This document shows, piece after piece, positions 1 through 14,814 of a DNA stretch of 64,000 nucleotides. This DNA is from the human T2T-CHM13v2.0 reference genome, Homo sapiens. Under the pieces are notes generated by a model that searched no databases, was not told where the DNA came from, and worked only from the letters and a program-made list of their open reading frames with translations. Where the stretch lies: assembly GCF_009914755.1 (NCBI RefSeq), contig NC_060931.1; one strand, written 5' to 3'. A program made the translations under genes and the position numbers. Numbering within the stretch: the stretch's first letter is position 1; every line of letters starts with the position of its first letter.

Positions 1-987
1 TTCTGCTCTGTCCCAAACATTCAATACTTTATGCAAATAAATTTCCTCAGCCTAGATTTTTCTAGGACACCAGGTAATTTCATATAAAGGACTAAGTCAC
101 AATGCTATTTATTCTTTATTTTCTAACGTTTATGATGTTCAGCTAGTTTTATTTAGACTTTGCAACACTCTCAAAAAATAAAACTTTCCTTTTTATGAAT
201 GTGCACTTATTAGTAAAGACTATTTTGGTTATAAATGATAGAAATAGGCAAGTAAACCTAAGTCCAAAAAGGGAAATCTCGGGTCATCTCACTGGTACCA
301 ATGGCAAAAAGGCAGGTGGGACTGAGGGAAGGACGCTTTGGAAGATCACCCAGACAGCTCCTCTTCATCCTGCCCACTCTGTAGAGCAGCTATCCCTGGC
401 CTTGGGTTCACATGGTGGAAAAGATGGCCACTCTATTGCTTTGGAGGTTATGTGTGACAGGTTTAGCCACACTAAGAGGGACCAACTGTCTTGTACCTAT
501 TCTAGATTCTTAGGAAAGAGAGTTAGGCAAGTTCTCTTCAGTTGCCTGCCTTATGTTAGGACCATAATGTACAAATGGTTGCTAAAGACTCGCTGCTACA
601 GGAGAGCAGGAAGGAGGTCAAAAGGTGAGAAATGGGGATGGCAAAAAAGGACACAAAATAGCAATGACACAAGAGACATGAAAGCCCAGAGATGAAGGTC
701 TCCAGAGCAGCGGCTATGGTAAGATACAGAGAAGTTGATAAGAGGCTGACTAACCAACTGAAAGCAGAGTGGGGCCAGTGAGGATAGGGTTAAATACTAT
801 AATGCTGGGTTCCTCAAGGAAAGGATAACATCTAGAATATTGAAGGTGCATCAGGTTCAATTTAGAAAAGTCAGAGGCATCCTCTTTTCTCCAGCCCATA
901 CCCTTCATTAGATTCTCCTGCATTTTTGCCGTGAAATATGGTACAAAATTAGAAAAAAAAAAAAAAAAAGATAAAAAGTGTGCAGAA

Positions 988-1295
<308 letters not shown>

Positions 1296-2834
1296 GCTCG
1301 CAGAGATTTCCTTCTGTTTTTAGTTGTAGTATTTTGCTTGGTTGGATTAAAAAACATCAAATGAATATACCTGGGAAGTTTCCATGAAAATCTGGAAATC
1401 AGAGAAGACTGAAAATAAAATCAAATATAAAAATATATATTAGTACATGAAAATGTTCTTATAGAACTTGAGACATTTGATTTCAAATAATTAGTAGCAA
1501 GTGAATTTTCCAATAAAATTATATGAATGCCATTAAAGTAAAAGTTATAGGCTGTGATTTTATATTATATAATATTTTTATCTTAAGTAAACACTCTGTT
1601 AGCCCCAAAAGTAGAGAATAATTTATTTGTTTGGTTTCAGCACTTTACCATATTCTTCCTAACTTCCCCATTTATTTCATTATTTTTAAAATTTATATGA
1701 AATGAAATTGTGTTGTACTTAATTTTTTACCTTTTCACCACACCACCTAAGAAAACCTAAGACCCTTCAGATATTCCTGGGGATTCATGGTTCATCGTTG
1801 TGGAGACAGAATAGAAACATGTAACTGTTGGTCAAGAAGTCTTCAGCCACTTCATATACTTTACCCCTAGTTTTCCCCGGGGGACGGCACTTTCCTTTCC
1901 TCCTTCTCTGGGAGCAGTCTCTCCTCCCACTGCATACCTACTCTAGTGACAGAGGGAGGGACATTTCTTACTCTCCAGCAGCCCGCTTCTTCAGCAAACA
2001 CCTCCTGAGTATTTATTTACTACATGAAAGGCAGAAGGAAGGGGTGTGAACAACCAGAAAAAAAGCAGTATAAATCAAGGAGTGTTTAGTTCAAAAAGAA
2101 GGTGACAGCAGACTTGGCTTTGGAGGAAGTGTGGGGGAACTTGACAGTGAACAGAGGAGGGACATTCCTTGTTAAGGAAATAGCACATGCCAAGGATCCT
2201 ATGGACACATAGTTTACCTTGAGTTTCATTGAGAGCAGAAAACAGAACTGCTTCAAATGCGCAGTTTCTCATGATAGACAGGGTGAACCTTGATTTTATG
2301 TTTATCTCTTTTAGGATGATAATCCAACTCCTTTTCATTTTTGACATGGGTATTATTTTCTATGCATTTAACTTTTTTTTTTTTTTGTAAGTCTCTACAG
2401 CTTTTCTTCAACTTTCTTCTAACAGAAAGATCACGCCTACGTAAAATCTTCCTCTGAAGGTTTTAGAAGTGCTGGTGTCTAGCATGAACGGCAGAAGTAA
2501 GTGAGGACCAACATCTTGTAACAAGTTCATGGTACTCTTTCCACTTGTTCACACTTAGATCCCAGGGTAAGCAACCCTGTATTATCTTCCATGTCAAAAG
2601 TAGGAGGAAGGGACAGGCTCCAGGCCTCCATCCCTGTTTTCAAATATCATAACCTGAATGAGGAAACACAGAATATCACACATGCAAAGGTAATCTCCTC
2701 CAGAGCTAGTCATCTACTGCTGTTCTATCTCAATCATTTTCTTCATGTTGTTTGTGGATTGCCTTTTAGTCACTTTGTAATGGAACTAGGGCAAAGAGAG
2801 GGGGCATCTGAGAAACTGTTCCAGTAAAAGCAAT

Positions 2835-3020
2835 AACTAAAATTGTTGATGCTTTATAGTATATAAAGCATTTCCACATGTATTGTCTCATTTAATTCTC
2901 ACATCCATCCTACATTTCTTATCCCATTTTTCAAAAGAAAAAACTGAGACAGAGGGATAAAGTAAATTCCCAGCATCTTCCAGCCATTAGCAAGAAGTTC
3001 AAGCCCAAGTCTTCCTGCCT
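2835..3020 (-). mobile_element. MIR fragment
   Basis: ctcatttaattctcaca...cccattttt...aaactgagacagag core similarity. Confidence 0.6.
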
Positions 3021-3745
3021 GTCTCACCTTATTATGGTTTAGCAGTTCTGAGCTACCTGGACAGCTGCCGTATCCCGTTTTGCACTCTCACTCTTCTGTT
3101 CTTCGCTGGCAGATTTCTGTTGTCACCTCCTTCTGGAAATGTTTTCTGGTGCTCCCCCCAACGGCCCTGAATACTCCCTTAGAAGCTACGTGTCCCCATA
3201 TCACAACTCCTATCATGCTGTTTTGCTATGATTTGTTGGCCTGGTTTCCTCCCTTGATGGTTGTAGATTTGGAGGGCAGGGGTTAGGTTCTGTTGGTGTT
3301 GATATCCCTAGTGCTATGCTTAACAGTTGTCAGTTCCCTTTCTAAGGACAGGCTTTATGGTTGGAGGGCAAACGCTAGTTTCCAGAAAGTTCCTGTGTGC
3401 TACTGAAAGACATACAGGATAGTGGGGGAAGATGTCACTTCCTGTGGGGTTTTCTGGGGAATGGAGAGTTTCAGTGAGCTGCGCCAGGAGCTGCCACCCC
3501 TGATGTCCTCTTACTTCCCTTGATATCGTAGGTTTCCAGCTGGACAAGGCCCTGGTGCAGATTTAGGGTGCTAGAATAAGCATCTAGAATTACAATGAAT
3601 ATGGGTGTTTGGGGCAGTTTTACTTTCATTGGGTAAGTTACGATTAAATGTAACTTTACTATTGCTCTGATAATTTTTTTCCCATTTATCCTGTAACTGG
3701 ATGGGATCAGAGTAAATTACCTGGAAATGTACTATGTTCTTCTGT

Positions 3746-4457
<712 letters not shown>

Positions 4458-5143
4458 CTCTACAGGAGAGCTGAAATTTGACCTTCCATGTGTTTTACAG
4501 GTTTATATCTTTGAGCATTCACTCAGGGTTGAGTTACTGTAGTTCAAAGGAGAAAGAATGCATTCTCTTTTATGATGATGGACATAAAAAATGTCTGAAC
4601 CTGCTAATTAACTATTGTTGGAAAGAACAGTTTGGCATAAATTATACTGCAACTAAGGTTGTATTTGGTAGACTTTGTCAAGCATTTAATGGGAGAATAT
4701 AATTAATCCTATTTGGTAGGTCAATTCTTTCAGCTACCTATGAGGATATTCTTAAGGTAATCCATAATGATAAGCCATTTTGTTTCTGTTCTTCTAAAAA
4801 TTAAAAATAAAAAGTCAAATGTTCTATGTAGACCACACTGAGGTTCTTTAATTTATTGGTAATTCATGCCCAATATTTCCAGTTTTCTATTACCTGTCAT
4901 CTGATTATTATTATGCTGCATAAGTGATACATGAAAAAAATCTAGAAATTTGACCCCAAAGACAAAATCCTCTCCACTCAGCCAGACTAACAACTCAAAT
5001 ACCCCTCAGCATGATCTAAATTGACCTACTCTTGATAGTTTTTGCAAAAGCCACAAGCATTTCAAAATTTTTATCAATATTTTCACCCCAATTGTTAACC
5101 TCCTCTTTCTCCACACTTTTCATAAGAACTGTTTATTATTTTT

Positions 5144-5593
5144 TCATTATATATCATTTGGAATCATTTTTATAAATACTCCCCATTGGGGTAGACAGCC
5201 ACCATCTGTACAGGTTTAGTGAACTCTCAATGTGTGCCTCATTACATTGTAGGAAATAATTTAGAGCTAACAAATGTTATTTGACATCTATAATGGAGTC
5301 CTATAGAAGTAACAGAATAGTATAATTTTCTTGTTTGTCAGCTATAAGGAATGGCCTAAGACCAGTCTGGGGATAGGCCCTGGCCCTGGGGGTGGCTCTT
5401 GGGTCACCTTACCTCTCCCTCAGTTCCCTATTTTGTAATGGGAAGTAGCACAAGTAATCAGTTATATGTGGAGAAAACATACAATTCTTAGCCACAAACT
5501 TTAAACACAATAGAACATGGCTCTTCTAGATCCATTCCTAATATTTATCCCAAATTAGTGTATAAGGCTCCATGAGATTCTTGGAGGAAAATT
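5144..5593. repeat. Left arm of long inverted duplication (partner 6734-7217)
   Basis: reverse complement aligns to 6734-7217 with ~25 mismatches in ~440 aligned nt plus one indel block. Confidence 0.97.
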
Positions 5594-5973
5594 AAGCCTG
5601 AGAAAAATATTATTTTGTTCATTTTTTAAAGGCTATAGCTGACCATCTAACTTTAATTAGTTCCATAATCAACAGATGAAATTTTTAAAAAAGTATTTAG
5701 CATCACATTTAAGCTAACATTTTCATTAAATAAACACACCCAAATCATTTCAGTAGTGTTCAGAGGACCAGAAAATAATTTGTATTTACCAAATAGAAAA
5801 TGACAGAGACCAATAGAAGAGAAAAAAATGAACATAACCTTTTAGATAACTTAGAATTTGAAAGACTAAAGCAGAAATCCTAAACTCAAATAAATTTTAT
5901 TTAAGGAACAAAAAGATAACCAGTGCCAGATACTTTTCAGAAATTCACTTTGAGAAAAAGAATATTTAGAAAA

Positions 5974-6103
5974 TAGCAGTCAAGACCAACTAGATTTATT
6001 CTTAAAACACATAGGAAGTAAACTCATTCATTCTCTGATTTAGCAGTCAGGACAAACTAGATTTATTCCAAAAACAGATAGAAGGTAAACTCATTCTCTG
6101 TTT
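5974..6103. repeat. Diverged tandem duplication, ~67-bp unit x2
   Basis: tagcagtca(a/g)gac(c/a)aactagatttattc...taaactcattc units start at 5974 and 6041. Confidence 0.9.
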
Positions 6104-6733
6104 TTGCCATTGATGTTTGAGCGGCTCAGCCGTGCACCCCTCATTAAGAGAAACATTCAGTAAATTAAAGAAAAGATCCAGTGAAGAGAAAACAGACAAT
6201 ACAAATTATTAATGGAACAATGGAAATAATTCTTGAAGAAAGATTAAAGTAGCAAAGAGTGTCTAGCTTTGCTTAGAAATGACTCACAGGAGTCATAACA
6301 GTCTACAAGCATTGAAAAAGTATAAAACACTGAGACAGAAGAGGAATTATTTGGCATAAGGCCACATGGGTATAATCAGAAATAACCGTATAAACTAAAA
6401 AAAAAAAAACAAAAAACAACAAAAACAAACAAAAAAGCTTCCAAGTCATGAGTAGTTTTGGATGACTGTGTATTTACTTCCACTGAAAGTGCTGCAAGTT
6501 TTAAACACTGGGCTTTCCAAACACATAAAACAAAAGTATTCTCTTTGTTTTCCCTTATTAATCTTCTCAATTCACCAACATCCTGAGGTCCAAATTTCAG
6601 AGAAGTGGGGGAGATTCTACCACCTACTTAAAGTAAATTTATAAGAAAGTTTAAATTAGGAAATTGTGTTTGGCTTATTAGCCAAGGGCTTTTGACGATT
6701 GATTTTGCTTATGCTGATCTGGTTTCCTCTTAG

Positions 6734-7217
6734 AATTTTCCTCCAAGAATTTCATCGAGCCTTATAAACTAATTTGGGATAAATATTAGGAATGGATCTA
6801 GAATAGCCATGTTCTATTGTGTTTAAAGTTTGTGGCTTAGAATCGTATGTTTTCTCCACACATAATTGATTACTTATGCTACTTCCCATTACATTTCACC
6901 CCCTCACAATAGAGGGGTTGAAAGCCCTAACCACAGACTGAGGGAGAGGTGGGGTGACCCAAGAGCCACCCCCAGGGCCAGGGCCTCTCCCCAGACTGGT
7001 CTTAGGGCTTTCCTTATATTTGACAGATAAGAAAATTATACTATTTTTTTACTTCTATAGGACTCCATTATAGATGTCAAATAACATTTGTTAGCTCTAA
7101 ATTATTTCCCACAATGTAATAAGACACACATTGAGAGTTCACTAAACCTGTACAGATGGTGGCTGTCCACACCAATGGGGAGTATTTATAAAAATGATTC
7201 CAAATGATATATAATGA
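6734..7217. repeat. Right arm of long inverted duplication (partner 5144-5593)
   Basis: reverse-complement match to 5144-5593; ends where an L1 begins. Confidence 0.97.
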
Positions 7218-7220
7218 TTT

Positions 7221-7522
7221 GAATGAAGCTGGAAGCCATTATTCTCAGCAAACTAGCACAGGAACAGAGAACCACACACTGCACATTCTCACTCGTAAGT
7301 TGGAGTTGAACAATTGGAACACGTGGACACAGGGAAGTGAACATCACACACCGGGGCCTGTCAGGGGGTGATATACCTAATGCATGCGGGGCTTAAAACC
7401 TAGGTGACAGGTTGATGGGTGCAGCAAACCACCATGACATGTGTATACCTATGTAACAAACCTGCACATTCACACATGTATCCCAGAACTTAAAGTATAA
7501 TAAATAAATTTTAAAAAAGAAA
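7221..7522 (+). mobile_element. L1PA (approx. L1PA8-type) 3' end, 5'-truncated, G-rich tract deleted
   Basis: gaagctggaagccattattctcagcaaacta...tgcatgcggggcttaaaacctag...agaacttaaagtataataaa. Confidence 0.92.
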
Positions 7523-7649
7523 ACTCCTACTCAGTCTTTGAAACTTAGCTCAGAACACTTGAGAAGCTTTTGACACACGGGCAAGGGTTGACCGTTGGAC
7601 CTGGGTCCTCTGGAGGCAGAGAATGCCTGTAGTCTAGCTCATAGCACAG

Positions 7650-7807
7650 TATGATGGAATCCTGTTTACTTGTGTCTCTCCTGCTAAGAACCTGGGCTCC
7701 TTCAGGACAAGGACTATGTCTTATTCATCTCTGCATCCTTGGCCCTTCTCAAGCCACTGTGTACATAGTAGGCACTGCAAAATTTTGTCACAGGAATGAA
7801 TGAATGA
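7650..7807 (+). mobile_element. L2 3' end fragment
   Basis: ggactatgtcttattcatctctg...catagtaggcact...gaatgaatgaatga terminus. Confidence 0.75.
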
Positions 7808-8030
7808 GAAAAAGATGCAAATAGTGATGGAGCCATTCAACTCTTCTCCTCTTTAATACATTACTTTGGTCTTTGTATACATTTGTAATTCTCAGATCTC
7901 TTTATACTGTTTAAAAAGTGTTATTAAAAATATCTTTGGAGGAAAAAGAAAGATGAGAAAGATTACAAAAAGAACTTCCAGGATCTGGCTGGGAATCTCA
8001 TCAAGGGAATCTAATCATGTCCTTAGTGAA

Positions 8031-8033
<3 letters not shown>

Positions 8034-8063
<30 letters not shown>
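8034..8063. repeat. (CT)n microsatellite
   Basis: about 15 CT units. Confidence 0.95.
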
Positions 8064-8066
<3 letters not shown>

Positions 8067-8120
8067 ATTAGGAAATGGCCTCTAATGGAGGTGTCATTCC
8101 TATGCTATGTCTAGAGCAGG

Positions 8121-8437
8121 CTGGGCTCAGCAAACTACAGTAACCAAGCCTGATCTGCCCAGCCTTCTGTTTTTGTATGCCTCATTACCTAAGAAGGAGT
8201 GTTATATTTTTAAATGGCTGAAAAAATTTTGTGACATCTGAAAACTATGTGAAGTCCTAATTTCAGTGTCCACAAATAAAGTTTTATTGGAACACAGCCA
8301 TGCTAATTTGTTTACGTACTGTCTGTGGCTGCCCTTGTTCTATAACAGTATAATTCAAGGAGTTGTTTCAGAGATCATATGTCCCACAATCCTAAAATAC
8401 TACCCAGCCCTTTACAGAAAAAACTTGCTAACCCCTG
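8121..8437 (+). mobile_element. MER58B-like hAT-Charlie DNA transposon
   Basis: cagcaaactaca...aataaagttttattggaacacagccatgc...ctttacagaaaaaacttgctaacccctg; tctagag flanks. Confidence 0.85.
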
Positions 8438-9751
8438 CTCTAGAGAGATAATAGAGTACTACCGTGCTGTAGATGAGAATGAGATCTTGAATCTTGGTCA
8501 GTAAGCTAAATCTTTAAAGTTATTTTAATGAGACCACTTAGTTAATTATTTTCTGATTTTCCTACTTCCTATAACAGATATTCATAAAATAGCCATTGTT
8601 TAAAAATTTGAAACTAAACATATTTTTCATTTTTAAAATAAAATGACATTTAATTAAATGTCTTTGGAGTTACACTTTTAACCAGATGAAGCAAATATTT
8701 TTTAAAAACTGCTTATGCAATTCAGTAGAGATCAGTAGTGATTTAATTATTGGTCAATTTTTACTGAAGTAAAATTATTGAAGAAATACATGTCATATTT
8801 TACAGAAAGTACATTGAGAGGTAAAGTCTGGCTTGAGAACCAAGGTTACTGACAAATCACAGTCATCACCTCTACACTCATAAGAGGAATCAGAATTGAG
8901 CCATAAAAGTATAAGACACACTGCAGTAGTCCAAAGTAATCGTTCTGTCTCCTTGCTTTTCTGCCTCTGACTGTATTAGGAAGGAGCCCTTTTAGGAGGT
9001 AGAATAACTGAGTTCCATGTTTCTGACCTGAAAAATTCAGGTGAATTGGTGGTACCTTTCTTGCTAATAACCAGACACCTATGAACTTAGCTAAATATTT
9101 ATTGAACCATTTTGTACTTTGATCCTGTGATACTTTACAGAGATTATAAATGTCTTGATTTCATATGATTGTCCATGTAGGTCAAGTAATTATCCATGTA
9201 AACTTTATACATTTACCTACATAAAAAAGGTAAAAATTAGGTTCTCCAATTTGTTGTTTTACCCTGGTCTATTGGTGATATTTGGCAATTAACTGATAAG
9301 GTCCGTAAAACCAATTCAATAAGTTGTTATAGTTTCTTTAGTTACATGGGTTTTTAAGAAGTATTTGGATGAGTGTGTGTGTGTAATTTATTGATTTGTT
9401 TCTAATAAATTCAGATAGGTAGTTTTTCAAAATAGTATTGATTCTTAAGGTAAAAATCATGATTGGGTTTGTCAGTCTGGTTTTCTAGTGATTCAATTTT
9501 TGAGCCTAGCAAAACAATTTCAGTACTACAGAATTATAGACTGAAGTAAAAAAATGACATTTGTGATACTGTTTTTCCTAACTAATATTCTATGATATAA
9601 AAACTATTATTTCTCCTCCCTGCTTTTTTACTTACTAAAAATGTAAAATCGGTCAGAAATAAAATATTTGTCATTGCCTATTTCAGTAGTACATTTAATA
9701 TTTAATTTATCAGATGGCTGGCAAAGTATAAATAAATTCAGATATTCCTGA

Positions 9752-10004
9752 GATAATGGTAGTTAACATTTACTAGGGATTGTGGTGTGCCTGGCATTCA
9801 CTTAAATATTTTAGATAAATTTTCTCTTTTCATCCTATCAACACTCTTATGAAATAAGTACTACGATTATTCCCATCTTATAAATTGAGACAGAGAAGGG
9901 GTAAGTAAATTGTCCAACATCATATAGTAACAGTAGATTCAGGATTCAAATTCAGACTGTTTAAAATCAAAGTCTATGATTTTAACCACTATGTTATACT
10001 GCCT
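9752..10004 (-). mobile_element. MIR, near full length
   Basis: antisense MIR from aacatttact to ttaaccactatgttatactgcct. Confidence 0.8.
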
Positions 10005-10719
10005 TCCAACCATTATCTTCTTGGCAACATTGTAACTCTAAATTTTGTCTTCAGAGCTTTGGGGAAAAACAGAGCATTTAAAGCATGGGTGTGTTTGAGA
10101 GGACTTGGATGTAACTGGTATTAATTGTTTATGTTAGACCCCAGGCCAGGGGCATTCACTTCCTATAATTCCCTTTAATCCTCCTAAGAGTGTTGATGTA
10201 GGATTTATGAATCCTGTCTTATGTAATAGGTAATGGAAGCTTAAAGAGGTTAGCAACTTTTCCTGAATTAAACAGGTAAATAAGTGATAGCTAGAAATCA
10301 AATGTAGAATAACTCCTTCTTGAGTGTATCTGACCAAGAGTCTGCTTTTCCTTGAGCATCCTCTAGACAAGGCTTCATAACTTTTCACAAGTGTGCTGTC
10401 AAATCATAGTCGCTTCCTCTAATTTCAAGCTTTCTATTAATAACCAGCCATTCCCCACCTAAATTCTTGCCAATTGACAGCTTCCTGGTGAGCTGGGATC
10501 CACGAATGAGGTGTAATTGTGCTCCAGGTACATTCCTGTTTGTCTGGAGAACACTGTGAGCCCCAAAACTGGGGACTTGAACCAGCAACACATCTTTGTA
10601 GGCAATAGATGAAGTGAGCATTTTACCTGTGGAATGTAGGCCAGGTTGGAAATATTAAGAGAGCAGTTTTGGAGCTGACACTAGCAGTGGTTGTCCAGGA
10701 AAGGATCAGAGATAAGGAA

Positions 10720-10920
10720 TATGTATTGTCTATCCACTATGTGCCAGGAAATTAATATATTATCATTTATTCCTCAAAATTACCTGAAAATGACATTGTT
10801 ATAACTATACCCATTTTATTGAGATATGAATTAAAAGAGGATGATTAACATGACCATAGTCATGTAGTCAGAATTCTAACCCGGGTCTTCTGATCCCAGA
10901 GCCCATGATCTTTCCACTGA
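10720..10920 (-). mobile_element. MIR fragment
   Basis: actatgtgccagg...cccattttattgag...cccagagcccatgatctttccact. Confidence 0.65.
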
Positions 10921-11234
10921 TCCAAATCCTTTCTTCTCAGAGAAAGACACAGGTAGATATGCAGGAGGAAAATGTGGATGTCATTGGTGCTGCACAACAG
11001 CCAAGTCATGCCTGACATGACTGGTGATTGACAGGGAAATGCAATGGAAACAATAGGTATTCACTGATCTCTTCTTGGGGCCAAAAGCAATGGCCTCAAA
11101 CCAGTGGGATTCAAAAAGGCAAAACAGACACACCTTTGCTTGAGGGGACTTATAATTTAGGGGACATTCCAGGGTAGCTGCATAGTCTATCTTTCTGGAA
11201 ACCTGTGTTTAATAACTTATCTCTTTGGTCATGA

Positions 11235-11410
11235 GCTAGAAAGACCTTCAACTTTGAAGTCCAAGGTATGAGTTAGATCCCTGCTTGTCCACTTACCAGC
11301 TACTTGATTTGGGGCACCACAGGGGACCTCTCTGAGCCACAGTGGCTCTGTTGTACAATGGGGATCACAGTACTGACATCACAGGGTTGAAGTGAAGATT
11401 CAGTTACATC
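11235..11410 (+). mobile_element. MIR fragment
   Basis: ccacttaccagct...ctctctgagcc...aatggggatcacagtac...agggttgaagtgaagatt. Confidence 0.65.
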
Positions 11411-11548
11411 ATCTGACCTCGTACTGGATACAAAAATAACTCTTCCTTTCTTTAAGTTATTCTCACCTAGATGCTAATTCTAAAAGGTCAGGTCACTCTG
11501 CTAGGTTCTGTGGTTGGTGAAGGATTGTAAAACATAACCCCGTCTTTA

Positions 11549-11992
<444 letters not shown>

Positions 11993-12985
11993 TCACTGGA
12001 ATGTGACCTGTGACTTGAAAGATAGTTAAAGATCTCAACATTGAAGTTGGCAGAAACATGATGGGTAGAGATCAGCCAAGTCCTTCATGCTTTGTCTCCA
12101 ACTTGGAATGAAATAACTTTATTTAAATTATTAGACTTTCTTTCATGACAACCATCTAGAAAGTTCAAGTAAAAGCTGAACAATTAGTAAGTGGCATAGT
12201 CTGGATTTGAACCCATGAATTACAATTCCAAATCCAGTGATTTTTACTTCAACATAGTGGCTGTCATCTAATTTCACCCTCTTTGACTTTAGAACTGCAA
12301 TTAGACTGCCTCTGGATCTTCTTTTGAACCCTCCCCTCAGATGGTAGGACTAGGAAACCCAGAAAGAAATTCCCTGCTTCACACTATTTATTGGACTATC
12401 TGCTTGGCCCCATTAACCCAGATACATATGAGTGGGCTTTTTCTTACTCTTATTTTATTATCCAGCACAGTCTGCAATGACTAAGGCAATATTTGGGATC
12501 TTTGACTCTTCTTTTCTGGCTTTAACAGTATTTCTAATCTATAGAAGGGCTGTTCATTTGAAATACATTGTTTCTCATTTCTGTTATTTCAGAATCCCTT
12601 TGTTATTCAATTTTAACCAATAGCAAGGGTTAATTGTTGAGCTCCATGTTTCTTGTGGCAACATTTTTTTTTTTTCTAGATTGGATCCAACTTTCACATA
12701 TGAATTTGTGGTATTTATACATACTAGCTAGCAATTCGCTCGCTGGATCTTCTGCTATTTGGAATAAATTTGACAGTCTTCTACAATCCCCAAATATTGA
12801 TCAATATTGAACCATATGGTAGAACTCTGATGTTCTGCCATGGCTTCATGCAAATTGAGCAGATCATCTCTGTGGGGTAAAATCTTAAAAAGATCTTGAA
12901 CCAAAAAGGAAGCCATCTGGCCAAATTCATTTTATCATCACAACTTGAAAATGTTTACTGGTAGAGTCTATGTCAGAAACAGTAA

Positions 12986-13490
<505 letters not shown>

Positions 13491-13612
13491 TAGTGTTGTA
13501 ATTTTCTAACCCTGTTGACAGGGAGGGAGGAAATAGCTCTCAATCCCTGCTTTTTGTTTAGAAAATCAGACAAGTGGCCTTCCCACATCTTGAATTGCTA
13601 AAAACTTACTTA

Positions 13613-13651
13613 TGTGTGCTGTGTGTGTGTGTGTGTGTGTGTGTCTGTGTG
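13613..13651. repeat. (TG)n microsatellite
   Basis: interrupted TG run. Confidence 0.9.
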
Positions 13652-13760
13652 AAAGTTATCAAGTCTTACAACTGAAAGCATATTGGGTGACCCCTTGGTG
13701 TTGCCTGGATTCTCAGAAGACTCATTTCTGTGGAAGAATAGACTTTTTGAAAAATCTTGA

Positions 13761-13943
13761 ATACAAAAATTAGCTGGGCATGGTGGTGCACACCTGTAGT
13801 CCTGGCTATTCAGGAGGCTCAAACAGGAGGATCACTTGAGCAAGGGAGGTCAAGGCTGCGGTGAGCTGTGACCATGCCACTGCACTCCAGCCTAGGTGAC
13901 AGAGACAGGCCCTGCCAAAAAAGAATAAGTAAATAAATAAAAG
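13761..13943 (+). mobile_element. Alu right monomer (FRAM or truncated AluJ)
   Basis: starts at aatacaaaaattagc, ends in (TAAA)n tail; TSD gaaaaatcttg. Confidence 0.9.
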
Positions 13944-14304
13944 AAAAATCTTGGAAAATACTGAAAAGTTAAGAAAAATAAAAAATCACCCATAACCTAT
14001 TTTATTAAAAGCTATTTCATTGTATTTAAATGATTAAATGGTTAAAACAGATTTAACTTAAACATGGGACAAATGCCTTCGAACATAAATCTTTGCTTGT
14101 GTGTCTGACAATGTCTCTTGACTCCTAGAAATGGAATAAGCTCTTGTTACAGATCAACAGATTTCTTTTTAGAGAGGTTGTATCAATTGCTCTCCTGCCC
14201 ACTTTGCTTGGATTTACGCTTTTCAGAAAGCAATGCACGAGATTGTTACCCAGATGCTGTATCAATCGTGGTATCCATTTTCTTCAGTGAATATTTAAGT
14301 TTGA

Positions 14305-14814
<510 letters not shown>

